A DNA stretch of 61,079 nt, filler included, from Bipalium vagum (lineage: Eukaryota), in assembly GCA_037834085.1 (NCBI GenBank). It is 3 parts of 3 records of this genome, joined end to end, with 100 filler letters (N's around TTAATTAATTAA, not from the genome) between each part and the next. Parts side by side here need not be neighbours in the genome. Positions count along the whole stretch, not along the records: positions 18,455 to 44,479 come from JBBMKC010160179.1; 2 more parts are not named here. One strand, written 5' to 3'. Each line of letters starts with the position of its first letter. Position 1 is the stretch's first letter. Position numbers and translations under genes: made by a program. The notes under the pieces are model-generated. The model was not told where the DNA came from, made no database searches, and saw nothing but the letters and a program-made list of their open reading frames with translations. Below, in pieces: positions 26,924-41,228 of the stretch.

Positions 26924-29900
26924 TTTCAGAGAATAACATATTTTTTGGTCTTAACTGAAAATAACCAAGCTACTAACTGAAGTAAAATAAATGGCAATAT
27001 AAATATAAATAAAACTAAAAGAAATCCATTGACGAAAGAAAGGGCGAAAACATCCAATCTTCATTTTCAGTGTACCTATTAGAATTCAGTACGCACCTAA
27101 GCATCATAATTGAGAAATGGCAATGAGTGATAGAAAGTATTATTAATTTATTATCAACATTAGCTCATAGAGAATAATAAACGTAAATAACATTATCTAC
27201 TGACTAACAAAGTCAATGAGTACTATATGTCGATAAGATTAACACAATTCTTTGCTTATACATACTTGCACTAGCATGAACTATTAAATGAAGTTTTCAG
27301 AAAAACAGATTTTTATCAATTAATGACTGTAAAGGTTTTATCTATAAAAACAGTTTTATGACCCATAAATTCTGTGATATAATATTGAATTTTTTACCGA
27401 ACATAAGTTTTATGAAAGATCTTAAATCTGTTTTAATGGAAAGTTAAGTATTCTATTTGAAAATTTTTTTTTAAAAAAATAATAAAAAAACGCTTATATC
27501 ACAAATAAATGCTATTTTTATCTGGGACGGATAATTAAAAAATTGTTTACATTAATAATCCCCCTTACAATTAAAATGATTAATTAACGGAGATTCTTCA
27601 GTTTTCATTAAAATCTAAATCAAATTATCGCTTGCAAGCTTTATCAAAATCACCAGATCTCAAAAGATTTCCCAATTCTCAGAAAAAAATAATATAATTT
27701 ATATTTACTTAAAAATTATTATCTAAAATTGAAAAAAAAGTTTGTTTTAATTAACTGTTTGAAATTATACATAACATATATATTTTTTCTATGAAGTTTG
27801 TTGAGAAAAAACTCAATTAGTATTTTTATTGTAACAGATTATTGACAAAAATATGAAGAGTAGTACAAATGGATATATTTAGATATCATTTCTGAACTTA
27901 TCTCGCTTAAACGAGGTCTCATTGACTCATATTTATGGTTGCATTTATCACATAACTAAAAATAAAAATCGAGATAACATCTCTTAATATTTCATTGCAA
28001 AATACCGTACTAAAATTCGAGTCTTATCGGTAAATAATAATAATTACAATAAATAAAGAAAATTGATAATAATTATCTTTAAGAGATACTCAGAATTTTA
28101 TTGAGATCATAAATCGCAATCCGATAATAATCAAAATTAATAATAATAATAATAATAATATAAATGGAACTATTTTTCTCCAGCGAACAACATTTAACTA
28201 GGGGAAAATTGTTTTTGAAAGTTCCATAATATTTCCTTAAATATTTAATTATTAAATCTCTTTCGTTTTGTAATTCCAGCAAATTATTTCAATAGTCATT
28301 TAATAAATTTTTTGTTGCTGTGAATAAGTTAATATTTTCTGACTATTTTTAGAACGTCGATAATATAAATTAAAATATCGGAAAATATCAACAAAACTGT
28401 GTAATTCTTCAAGAAAATTTCTAAAAAGATTAATTAAATTTTAAGTAAGGCGATTAAAGATTTTTATAAATGATTAATATTTTTGGATTGTCTCTAAAGT
28501 AAGAATTTTTAAAATTAAAATGATGATTTTTTAAAAAAATATTTTCTCGATATTTACGTATTTTTATTTTTATATAAATTTGAAAATAAATTTAAAAACA
28601 TTATTATTATTATTTATATTAATATTATTAAAAATAAAAAATTATATGAAATCCATTATGAATAATTTTTAAAATATATTTTTTATGAATTTGAAAAATA
28701 ACGTAAATATTATTTTAATATTACGTGTTTATTTATGAAGTTGATGTTTTTTTAAACTCAGCATTTCTATCGTAAATTACAAAATTAATTGTTGAATTCC
28801 TCACTATTTATGATTTTATTTATATTAATTTGCATTTGAATATTTTCTTTGATTATCTGAATCAAATCGATTTTTATATCTATTTAAAAATTATATAATA
28901 TGAATATTTTATTCGCGAAAAGGAAAATATTTTCAGAGCATTTCACTTATTTTATTCAACTTTTTAGTCTAAGATTTTGAAAGTTATTGCGTAAATACTG
29001 TTTAAAAGTAATTAAGTATGAGGAAGCCAATTAAAATATTATTAATATGAAATTGAGCTGTTAAAATGATTGGAAAGTCAGATGTCTTCAAAAGACACTG
29101 CAAAGAAAATGAGTTAGTTTAGTCTCATGTAGAATCGCAACTGGACATATCATCTTCAAAGAAGTACTGAAAGAAGTCTAAATAAAACAGAAAGAGTTCG
29201 CATATTTACTAATATATTATTGACGTCCCCGAAAAACAGAATATATCTCTCAATTCTGAATCATTGCTTTTAAAGTCTATGAAAATTAAAGATTTTTGAA
29301 AACAGAAGACAAGGGATATCTCTGATTTACAGTCTGAATATTGCAAGAGAAGCAAGATCAAGAAGTCTCGTATGAAATAACAAGAAGAGTCTGACAGACA
29401 AAAACTGACAAATTACAGTTTGAAGACAATCATCAGAAACATTGAAAAATTTAAGATTTATTCAGTTTTTCGAATCATCCACATTGTTATAACTATATTT
29501 TTTATTATGAATATTTAATAATTACATCTCTCAATGCTGCCACAAGAAGCACAATGTTCATAATATGCAATTTTCATTTATAACACTGCACGGGCCTAAT
29601 CTATATTATTATATCAATAAATAATGAACTATTCAACATAAGCATTTAAAAATAAAAAGGTAATGAATAAATGCATTGTATTAATTATGTTGAAATTGTT
29701 AAAATTAACCGTACCTTTTGACATTGTTAACCCTGTCTAAGAATTTTTAATGGTTTTTCTAAAGTCAAAATTTATAATTGTAAATCTACTCAAAATATTT
29801 CTCCAAACAAATCTTAAGTGAATGTAGATATTTTAATTAGCTTCTCTCAAAACCTGTTTATTGAATTTTTCCTTGACAGCAAATTTTTCTTATTAAATAA

Positions 29901-31371
29901 ATAAATAAATTATAATGAACCAAATCACCAATACGGATTTTTTAAAACACAAATATTAATGGCCAAAGTCAGATTATTTTTAATAACATTTGAAAAGAGT
30001 ATTATTTAATGGATTCATTTTGGAATGTGAAATTTTGCTTGATAAAATGTCAATGATAAATTAAGTTCCTAATGATGGTAACCAAGCAAAAGGAATCTGT
30101 TCAATATTATTATTATTATTACCATATAGACTGACATGAGTGATTGACAATTCTCAAATCAACTGATAAAAGCGTAATTTCTTCCAAATGTAATTGGAAT
30201 AAATTAAATTTTAACTTAATTAAAACAAAAAAATATTCATTTTATTTTTTTGCTGTCCACGTAATTTTTTCCACACCAAAAAATAATCAATATTATAACA
30301 ATATTCTCAATAATTTTTTTCAGAAAAATTAAACATTTCACCGCACAATCACAATTGTTTTCAAAAGTAAAAACAAAATAAATACAAAAAAATTAATTCA
30401 ATTTTCTCCAAGATAAATAAGCAAAATAAATATCTGACTAAATTCTAATAATTCTGTTAAAGAAAATTATTTTCCCCGTAATCTAACTAAACTTTCCTTA
30501 ATCAAATATTTTCAATAATAATCATCTTTGCAAAGATAGTATAACAAAAAGAGAGTTTTGCGTTTCTGCTCATATGGTTTCAGTTCGTACCATAGTGAAA
30601 TAGTGAAAAGAAGACACAAATAATATATGTTCTACTCTCCGCTATCTCCTCAACAAGGCATGTTCTCTTTTCCATCAAACTTATTGTTAAATCTCAATTA
30701 TATGCCCTTTTACAATGTCGATGATATGTTTTGATGTGTCCAAAACATAAAAATGAGAAGAAATTAATTTATATTTCCTTTACTAAAAACCCATACGAAA
30801 TAAATTTCTCGTTTATTTATATATTAAAAATAATTTTCTGTTTCTTTCCAATACTTTCCACAAACAGGAAAAATAGTTTTGCAACAATTTTAATTATTAT
30901 TTTGAAAAATTAATTACATTTTCTGAGTAAAGCAATTATTTTCTTCGAATTTTATCCAGGGATTTTCCAAATAATATTCCAACTTGACGATGACAAATTA
31001 AAACAATAATCAAACTTTAATTAACTGAAAATAAAGATCTCTAAAGACAAAACGTTACTATTATTTATTTATTTATTTATTTATTATTATTTTTAGTCAT
31101 TAATATATATTTTTTGAAAATTTAAATACAAAGAAAATAATCATTTTCTCTCGTCTATTATAGACTTATCATATTTACAATTATTAAATAATGTAGGAAT
31201 ATTGAAAGAAAAATTAATAATTTAGATCGATTATTTTATGGATTATTATTATTAAATTACACGGACATTTTGTTAATTGATATTGGAAGCAGGATTATTT
31301 AACAAGTGATAAAATGGTTGGAAAAAAAGTGGATTTCTGTTGAAAAATACGAGAAAAATAAAGCGTCTCAC

Positions 31372-32075
31372 CGGTCTGACTGGAAACGCTGTTCGTCGAC
31401 AAGAGGATTTTCGGAACCGGGAGACTGTGGAAATTCTTGAACTTTTCTGACAGAGATTTAGCTCGAAACACAGCCAGAGCCAGATCCTCCAACGACAGGG
31501 TGAGAAGATTTGGATATGCAACAAATTCGAACTGATGCTTAAAATAAAAAATGATGATAAATATGTACGAAACAAATGGTGGCTTGAACCGAATTTCCCA
31601 ATAGAGTTTAATGTGAAAAAATCGATCAGAAAGAGTAAAAACATACCGGATTAAGGTGGATGCGTTTTTTGTGATCGGCGCAAACCTTGAAATCATTTCC
31701 GCTTTTCATTCTCGATGCCGGATAGTAGATTCGAACACTGGCTAGTCGACAGTCTTCATAGTCGTTATTCTGGAGCTTTTTCCGGAAAAAATGTACAGGA
31801 TAACAGATACAGAACTCTTTCAAATCGGAAAAGTCGGCAATGAACGGAATGTTGAGATGGAGCGTTTGACGAAAAGAATGGGACTTGTTGTCGCCAAACG
31901 AATTGGTTTTGCTCTTGGAACAGATCCCCGTTTGTCGGGTGATGTTGAGACGTTCGAAAAATTCTTGACACTGATGTTCGCCCAGACATTTGCTGAATCG
32001 AGTGGAAAATTGGACTTTGGTTTTCTTGTTGGAATTCAATTTGGATTTCGAAGGCATAAACTTTCCTCGTTTCAT
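31372..32075 (-). CDS. Putative exon(s) of an unidentified host gene
   Basis: GC-elevated ORFs. Candidate exon TTTAAG|CAT...(HQFEFVAYPNLLTLSLEDLALAVFRAKSLSEKF...SSQT)|GTGAG. CA/GA-rich promoter-like region at 32300-32950. Confidence 0.35.
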
Positions 32076-35000
32076 TTTCGAGCTGAGAATAATTCTATGG
32101 TAAATTGTTCATTTTGTCTGGTTTGTTTAACAATACGCAAAATCGATATCGAACGTTTACGTTGAGCCAGTGATTATCATTGTCAGCAAAAAACAATTTT
32201 TTTAAAAAAAAACAGGTCGTTTTCACAAAGCAAAATTGGGTCAATAAGTTGTGGTAAAGATTATCGAAACGCGTTGCAAAGCTTTCTGGTAACGATATAT
32301 CGCGCGACACTGAGAGAGAGAGAGAGGAAATTTACAATTGCTGGTGCATGATAAAATAATAACTAATCTCCACAATTATAAAATACATTTAAAAAATAAT
32401 CACTGTAACTCTGCCGTCTGACTGTTTGTTGCATAACAACAAGCATGATCAATGCCTGCCCATCCACACACTCAGCCAAACAAACATCATTACACATAGT
32501 TTTTTATCTTAAGACGTAACAATGCATACCAACACAAACACTTAAAAATCGAACTTGACGATAATTTGAAAAATGAATTAGACGCCATTATCAAAATTAA
32601 AAACAAAACAAATTTCTAAATATTTTGATTTTCTTCTTTCTCTCATTTTTTTGATTATTTCAGATTTTATGTAATATATAGAAAAAATTAGACTATCTCG
32701 TTAGTGTTTTTTTTTCTTCAAGAAAAATAGAAACAGTTTTTAAATAATAAATTCAAAACACACGCACCCACACACCGCCCCACTTTATCACATACACGCA
32801 CACAGACCGTCAGACATACATTCATTATTTCATTCATTCATTCATTTATTCATTCATACACAGAAAGAAATGTTTCATATTTTCAGAAACGCTGGCAATT
32901 CGCACATGCACACACACCGACAGGCACACACGCGGAAACAAATTGCCTTGTTCGGGTTCAGCCCATATCATTTCCCCAAAAAAACAGATAATCTCAATTT
33001 ATACAACTGACTTATTTGCTGATGTTTATCAAACTTTTTCAAAGATTTTTCTGCTTAATTGATTTATTAAAAGTTTAATGAAATTTCAATGAAGTAGAAA
33101 ATGGAAATATTTCTCTTTATTAAATTAAGAGAACTGTCAAATTTTGTAACTAAAACAAAAAATGTTATCCATTAATTGAGAAAAACTGTAGTTTCAAATA
33201 CTGGATAATGTATATATATATCGGGGAAATTTCGTTAATTTTGTTGGCAAAAATTAATTGAACATTTATGGGTTATTTCCTTTTTTGGTTTCATAAAATG
33301 TAATTAAGAATCACTGGAAAAAAAATTAACAAGGCAGATGAAATATTGGCAAATGTCTTATCTATTAGTTACTGTGTTAGTTTAGATATTCACAATTTTA
33401 CAATTTATTATGTCAAGTTCCATTAAATTCGTTTCAACGGTTTTCTATCAGAAAATAATTTAATCAATTATTGTTCATAAATTTTGAAAATTCAAACAAT
33501 GAAACGCTATTTAAAACAAATTCGATTTTTTTGATTTTTAGTTTATAATTTTAAATAAAGATTTATTGTGCTTTATAATAAATGATTATTTTTTTTACAA
33601 AATGTAATATTATTTCTTTTAAATTTCAAACTTCTTGTAATTGTCAAATAGTATCGATTTCAGTGTTATTAAATTTACAAGAATAATTTTAAGTCTTAAT
33701 TATTTATGTCACCTTTATTAAAAAAAATAAATTTTGACAAATTTTGAAATCTACAAATATGGAAAAAGAAAATTCAATTAGGAGGATATTGTGTAAATTT
33801 AATAAATGATTGATTATTTTTATTCAGAAATAAACGAAGAAATTTTCGCATTTAATAAATTTGAATTTCATTACTATAATTACTTAATTTTTATAAATGT
33901 TATTTTCAACTTCATTTTTCTGTTTGAATATACATAATTTAATTCTATATTAAAAAAAGATTATTTATTATTGAAAATTATTATATTGTGGCATCTATGT
34001 CAATTATAAATGATACATTATACATTTTTAAAGGTTATCCATGCATACGTTATATTTTATTCAGCTTTGATATAATTTTATAAAGTAATTTATAATTTCT
34101 TTATCATCCGTGAATAATAACTATGTAAAATTTCTAATGTTCTTATAGATAATTTTAAAAGAATTTTTATTTATATTTTATTTTAAAATATTTTTTTAAT
34201 TTACATTATTAAATCATTTAACTTAAAATAAAAATATTTGTAAAAAATGTAATCGAAATAGTTGTAATTAAGAGTAATTTTACAGAAAACTTTATTTTAT
34301 TTTTAATAGAAATATTTCAAATTTATTTATATGATTAAAAAAAACAAAGAATTGATGATAATTGAATTTCAATTTAATCAATATCTAAGTTTGATTTTAA
34401 TAAAAGCATATGTAAATATTAAAATAATGTTCGGATTGGATAATTATAAGATCTCTTAAATGAATTAACATATTTCAACTGTTAGTTTTAAATTTATATA
34501 ATTCTTTTTTCAAATAATTAGAGAAAATTATGTTTCATTGAATGCTTTTATCTGTCTACATATTATGTATTTATTTAATTTATTATTTTTTCTTACTATT
34601 TTCTAGTTTTTGTAATCATCCACTAGTTGATTAAATATTTTTATGGGTTGACATTTTGTTTTCCTGCGACAAGACTATTAGTACGATCGTATTTTACAAT
34701 TAAGAGCTATACTAGTATGTTAATTTCGTATAAAAATTGAATGCAAATGACAATTCAACTAATATTAAATTAAATCAATAAAAAATTAATAATATTGATT
34801 TATTGAAATAAAAATTGACAATATCACTTAAATTAATAGAAAAAATAGAAAATTTCCAAAAGATTTTACGATCCGATTCGAAAAATTTGAAAGTTAATGA
34901 AACAAAAATGATACTCAAAAAATAGAATTTTTCGATGGAAAATTTGATATGTTCCACATTGTAGTTAATTTTAATTTTAAAAATATTTAAATTGAAAAAT

Positions 35001-35094
35001 ATTAACTTGATTAAAAATTTTACTTCTATTTAAACAAACGTTTAAAATTAAAAAAACTATTTTCTTATTTAATGAAATACAGAAACAAGATATA

Positions 35095-35310
35095 CAGGGT
35101 GATTCATAAATATGCATACGCGTTTATAAACAATCAACTAATTTTCAACCGAATTTACTTTCTTTTTCCAGACAAAATATTTATGTTTCCAACAATTTAT
35201 CTACAATAATACATACAATAATAATGTATATAAAAATGATTCATATTCATTGACAGATTGATTAATTTTTATTTGTTTAAAACGTGTACATTTATGAAAC
35301 ATCATATGTG
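35095..35310. mobile_element. Degenerate Tc1/mariner-type MITE
   Basis: TA-CAGGGTGATTCATAAATATGCA... with an imperfect inverted copy ...TGTACATTTATGAAACATC near 35284-35305. Confidence 0.45.
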
Positions 35311-35799
35311 TACTAAAAAAAGGGGAACAAACTCTGTTTATTAAAAAAATTATTTGAAGGAGAAGGTTAAATATTTTTGAAATATATTTTAATGAATAAC
35401 TAAAAATTAGAAGAAACTTTTTATGAAATATATTTAAATCATTAAAACTTAATAATTAAAACAATCAAGTTAAAATAAAAGAACTAACACCACAAAGATA
35501 AAAAATAGAAAATTATAATTATTGAGTTGACACGATCTTTTATCATCAGCTTTCCGCTTTATTGGTGTTAATGCATGCAGTAGCAAATAATAGAAGAGAA
35601 AAAATAAAATAGTCCGTGGATCCAGAGAATGATAACTTACTCCGTTGACTTGATTTCAAGTAGGACATACAAAGGTTATCGATTGATATGATTACGTTTG
35701 TTATCGCCCAATCATATCATATTTATCTACATGTAGCTAAAGGTTGATAATCGTTTCATATAAAAGTATTTTTATCTTTATATTTAACTAAATAATGTA

Positions 35800-36862
35800 C
35801 AATGCCGTCAATATGTTTTGGGCCACCCTGTAAATATCGAAATGATTGTAGACTTCGAATTATATTAAAAGTTTTATGATTTGAACTATGTTAATTTGGA
35901 AATATGTTTATGTTAGCTTTAAAACTCACTAAAAAATTATTTAAAAAAATTATTGTATAATTACTAAAATAGATTTTTTATGTTAAGGCGTTTTTTAAAT
36001 TTTGATGTTATTTAAATATATAAACTATTTTAAGGATAAATTAAATTTTTAAGTAAAATCTATATGTACAACATTTTGCTAATGCTTAGGTAATATATAT
36101 TTTTTTAATTTTAGAAATTCTTTTGTTAAATATGGCTAAGATATCCACAGATATTCGGAAACTGATGATTAAGAAATTGAAAGAGAGTTTGTCCCAGATG
36201 AAAATTTCAAATGAACTGAATATTTCAAGGAATGCTATTCAATATATGATACGGAAGCTGCAACAGCATGGAACATTGAGAAACTTAAGTAAAAGTGGTC
36301 GTAGACCGAAAAATACATAAAGATCAGAAAGATCACCTATTCGGATGTCAAAGAAAAATCCCCAGCACGTGATCTTTTTATCAATTGGAAAAAAGCCAAA
36401 CTAACTCACTTAGTACTGTAAAGAGTATTCTAAGAAAGTATGGCTTATCCGGACGAATTGCAGCGAAGAAACCATATTTAAACGAGCGACATATAAAATA
36501 TCGTTTAAAGTTGTGCAGAGATTATAGCAAACTGCTTCCTTCTTTTTGGAATGAGGTGATTTTTTCTGATGAAAGTCGCATAAAACTGTTCTCTAGATTC
36601 TAGAGTCTAGAAGAAGACAATACGTCCGCAGACCGCAAGAATCAAGGTATAGTCCAAAATATACCACGAAAACGGTGAAGTTCAGAGGGAATAGTATCAT
36701 GGTTTGAGATGCAATTAAAGAAGATGGCACCAAAGTTCTGGTAAGGTGTCCAGATCGGATGAATTCTGATGCCTACAAGGATGTATTGAAGAGAGGATTG
36801 CTCCAAATATAAGATGCAGAGAATATATTTCAACAAGACGGAGCTCCATGCCACTAATCAAA

Positions 36863-36919
<57 letters not shown>

Positions 36920-37486
36920 GGTGTCTTCTTTTTTGGACATGAAAAAAATCTGTGTACTCAGTGATTGGCCGGCTCAATCGCCAGATTTGCATATAATTGA
37001 GCCGTTGTGGGCTGACCTAAAAGCCAAAGTTCATAGCTGTAGGCCGACAAATATTGAGGCTCTGTGGAAGAATTTGGAGGATCAGTGGATAATGATTATA
37101 ACATCTGAATATAAAAGCATGCCGAGAAGGATGCAAGAGGTCATTAAAAATAAAGGCATAAGTACAAGGTACTGAATTCGAGTATCGCGATTGTTCATGA
37201 GGTTAACTTTTTATTATTATGTGTTTGATCATTTGAAATGTAAATAACAGATATTTTATTGACTTTTTAGTCTTGTATTCAAAATGACTTAAAAATTGAT
37301 GTTTCTGAACAAATCGGTTTTTCTACATTTACAAAAATTTTACTTTGGGAATTTTTGATTGAAAACATGTACTTTAACATATTCTATCATATATTTAAAT
37401 ATAGACAGGATTAAAGTACTTATAATTATATATTGTCATATTTTATCGAAATTTTAGAGGTGGCCAAAAACATTTGGACGGCATTG
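35800..37486 (+). mobile_element. Full-length defective Tc1 transposon
   Basis: TIR CAATGCCGTC..ATGTTTT.GGCCACC at both ends with TA flanks. Transposase motifs SGRRPK, AAKKPYL, VIFSDES, QQDGAPCH, WPAQSPDLHIIEPLW. Confidence 0.95.
36863..36919. repeat. (TTA)n expansion inside the Tc1 catalytic domain
   Basis: 18 in-frame TTA codons between DGAPCH*SK and LVSSFL. Confidence 0.95.
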
Positions 37487-39430
37487 TATTATATATATTA
37501 TTAACTAATAATAATTAAACACTAAAATTAAATAAATAGCAAAATATAAAATATTAGTTTAGTTTATTAATAAGTTTTTTCGTATTGTTTTTCTTCTACG
37601 TTTACTTCTTATTTTAATTTTTTTATATTTATTTTATGCATTTTTTCCATTTTCTATAAAGTATCATTAATATTATTAAATAAAACCGTAATTCTCTCCA
37701 AGGCTTAGGAGAGAATTAAACAGAGAATTACCTTTATGGCCTGAAGTAGTATGAAAACCCAAAACTCTTTGGTAGAAAGCAGAAGAGGGTTAAAAAAAAG
37801 TAACCCTCAATAAATGAATCAAGGATATATAATACTTAATTCATTTACTTATCCTCACGACAATATCCAGAATTAGTCAGAATGCAAGGCTCAAGACAGA
37901 ACGGTGAAAAAGGATAAAGCAGCGGGGCTTGTTTTGTACTTATTGTTTATCTTTTTTGAGAATAAACTTTTTATATGGTGAAGGGTTAATATAGATCTGG
38001 TGTTAATTTAAAAATTATGTGTTATAAAGCACCAATCTGCTGACAATGACTGGAGAAGAAAACCGCTGATCAGGAAACCTACAAGAAGAAAGCCAAAAGA
38101 TGATGGAAAAGAAGAATATTAAGCGTAGTGCTAAATTTTAAAAAGTTTTATTGTGAACATTTTAATTTAAAATCATTTATGTGATTTTTATTCAAAAAGC
38201 TGTTTGTTTTTCTTTTGATTTTGGTGATGAATTAAAAGTTTAATAATTTATATAATTATTTATGATCAGTTAAAAAGTGTAATAATTATTTTTTTTAATA
38301 ATAAAATTAAAATATATAATTTTTATTATAAGATTAATAATAATAATTTTTAAAAAATTAAATAAATCAAAAAATAATACGAAGTCATTTAATAGGTTGT
38401 AGATGGGTGGTGGAGGTTCAAAAAGAGAGCAGGGCTAAAAAGTAAAAAAAATTATAATAAAAAATAGAAAAGAAAATGATGTCAATAATAAAAATAGATA
38501 CCGTGGTTTAAGAAGTAGTATAATGAGAGACAAAAATCATAATCCAGTCTTTTCAAAATACTTCAAAAATTAGTTTATTATCAAATTATTATTAATATAT
38601 CAAGCAATTAGTTTATTCAAACTAAAACTTATCAAATATATCAAACAATTATTACAATTATAATTTCCCGTTTCTGTTTTTGTTCAAAAAAATTTTCCAG
38701 TTTCTTTTTTTTGTTTTAATTTCCGCCAGGTACGGTTTGATAAATTAGTTATCAGATATTCTTCATCTTCAGAGCGTCTGCACTCTTTCTAGTGCAGATT
38801 GAGGTCTTCTTATTAATAATTTCCAATTTTAATTTTGATCACCGACATTTTATTGTAATTGCAAAAAAAATTTTGAAAATTGTCATATAAAAATAAAAAT
38901 CTTTTAATTCTTTGTTTGCTCGATTTTATTACAACCTAAACACTGATACCTGTGACTGGTACATTACCTTTAAGGAGTCAGATCAATAAAATATACATCT
39001 CCAACCTCAAATCCAACATTTATTTTAAAAATTATTTAAAATTTAAAGATGGATTCGCCATTAATTCAATTTTTAAACAATTTTCAACTAGCACAAAAAA
39101 ATTGAAAATTTACGAAATTCCAAGAATTTCGAGAGACAGTATAAATGGGATAAACATCTACGAAGTATTAATTCATTCTCAACATTATTATTATTTAAAT
39201 TTTCTAAAACTTTCCTAAATCCTTAAGATTTGGAAGAAGGTACATTTAAAATCCACTCATTAATCAAGTAATAAGATCTTTAAAATTTCACTTTTAGATC
39301 TTTTAGATCACGTAATAATTTTTAATTAAAACTCTTAACGTTAAAAATTTTTCAAGTTAGCAAGAGTTTTTATAATCTATTTAAAGTCACATGAATAATC
39401 AAGGAGTACTTTCTTTCCTTACTTAAGGAT

Positions 39431-40259
39431 TGTAAGTTGAAAATTAATCAGAGATACTGGGATTAAACCGCAAAAAAAATTTATTTCAAAAATAAGTTTT
39501 TCTTCCACGAACTTAATCGTTTTCACATAAATGTGCTCCTATTATGGCCTTTATTCAATCTTCATTTTGGAGCAGGTCGTCATCGCAGTCGTCGAGATCT
39601 TCAGCAGCATCATCAGAGTGGCATTGATTTTTATCGTCAATTTAGTGGAGTTTGGAGAAGTTCACTCATTGTTTTCCAAGATCTCTGTGATATTTCCATT
39701 GCACAGCACTCTATTTTTAATTTGAAGCAACACAGAATTTGCCGATTTTCGTTATTTAGCATTTAGGAAACTGGAAACTTTTCAGTATTTCCTCATTTCG
39801 TTTTTGCCATGGTCCAAGGCAGCCGACTGTGAACGTGTTCAGCAGAACAGTCCAATCTGGCAGAGCTTTCTTGGTCTGGTCGAGAAGATCTTGGTAGTGA
39901 ATGAGATTCTTGTCGTGGTTCCAGTAAATGTTTTTCTCTGTATCATACGGACATTTGATCTCAACTTTGAGGTCCATGAACTCAATCTGAAGGTCAACAC
40001 GTTTTGTTGAATTGATCTATTGACTTTCAGCGTTGACAAAGACTTTGGCCATTGAATTTTCTTTAATTTGCTTGGCCAGATAATCTTGGATCGAATTATG
40101 CCGGTAGTTTTGGAATATTTTGCATGAAATGCAATTAACAAGAACATGAGACAATGTCTCTTCTTGCTCATTGCATCTTCGGCATCCAAGGATTTTTGAG
40201 CCATGACCGTTCTCATGCGCTGAGCTACATCCTCAGACTAAATTTCAATTTATCTCACA
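39431..40259 (-). mobile_element. Solo tRNA-like LTR of the same TRIM family, split by an RLE LINE
   Basis: Minus strand TGTGAGATAAATTGAAATTTAGTCTGAGGATGTAGCTCAG..CGCATGAGAACGGTCATGG (40259-40201) and GTTTAATCCCAGTATCTCTGATTAATTTTCAACTTACA (39468-39431). Flanks AGGAT/CGGAT. Confidence 0.88.
39469..40200 (-). mobile_element. 5'-truncated RLE non-LTR retrotransposon related to 6864-11840
   Basis: GCRRCNEQEETLSHVL, EIKCPYDTEKNIYWNHDKNLIHYQDLLDQTKKALPDWTVLLNTFTVGCLGPW align by eye with the 10704-11696 ORF. Confidence 0.92.
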
Positions 40260-40599
40260 CGGATCAAGTAAATCTCTTTCTCTTGCAAACAGCTCAAAGT
40301 CTCAATACTATACTCGTAGCTTTTCTGATGGCTTAACCAGATTAAAACTATTCGTTAAGATATCTTGTCTTAAAACAAAAATCATAATAAAACCAAGAGT
40401 TTGGGAAACATTATCATTATTGAAAAGTTGTAAACTGTACTCATAGATACAAGTTAGTAAAACCGCAACCTTATTTGTTCAATCTTTTTAAATTTCGAGT
40501 GATTGTGTTGAGTTGGTGACAATTAGCAGAACTACCCTAACTCACAGTTAATTAACCCAACATATGCAAGTAATATTTTGTTCTAGTAAAAAGGTCATT

Positions 40600-40790
40600 G
40601 TTCAGAATCCGCTGGGTTGTCCTAATTCCATCGTTGAAATAGACGAGACTGATGTTCAAGCAGAAAAATCAAATAGAATATGTTATGAAGCAATCCTGGA
40701 TGTCAGGTATACATAGCCTTCAGGTAAAAAAGGGTTTTCTAAAACTTCCCGAGAATCATGAGGCAGAAATATTCCTTTCAAAACGTTAAC
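40600..40790 (+). mobile_element. Merlin/IS1595-family transposase fragment
   Basis: LGCPNSIVEIDET...KSNR and WMSGI...KKGFLKLPENHEAE resemble the GG.G..VEIDES...RK.NRGR and WVFG motifs. Confidence 0.55.
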
Positions 40791-40929
40791 TTCTCAATAT
40801 CTTTTCGAATTTATCATCTTATTTTCTTAAATGTAATTTGTGCAAATTTTTATTTTAAAATGGTGTTTATATAACAATTTACTAATTAAATTAAAAACTT
40901 GAAAAAAAATCAAAGAATTGGAATCTATT

Positions 40930-41228
40930 AGGTTTTTGTCACAACCAGAATATAATCTTGACCTTGGTCCATCGGTTTATCATCTTTTCAAATTATTATT
41001 TAATTATCATCTCAAATAATCATTGATTTGGACAAGGTGTAAAAAAGAGTATCAAGAATTTTTGTCAAATGACAAGGAATGATATCATGTTGTGATGGAA
41101 CAACTGTTATATAGATGGGTTAAGACCAATAAATTCAAGGGTCTTTACTTATAGATTACTAAAAAAAACCTACCTTACTTCTTTCTTCATTATTTAATAA
41201 AAACGAAATTATTTATGACTTACCCTAA
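40930..41228 (+). mobile_element. mariner 3' remnant
   Basis: Decayed YSPDLAPSDYHLF-like stretch, EQLLYRWVKT, and a TIR-like end ...ATTATTTATGACTTACCCTAA. Confidence 0.5.
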
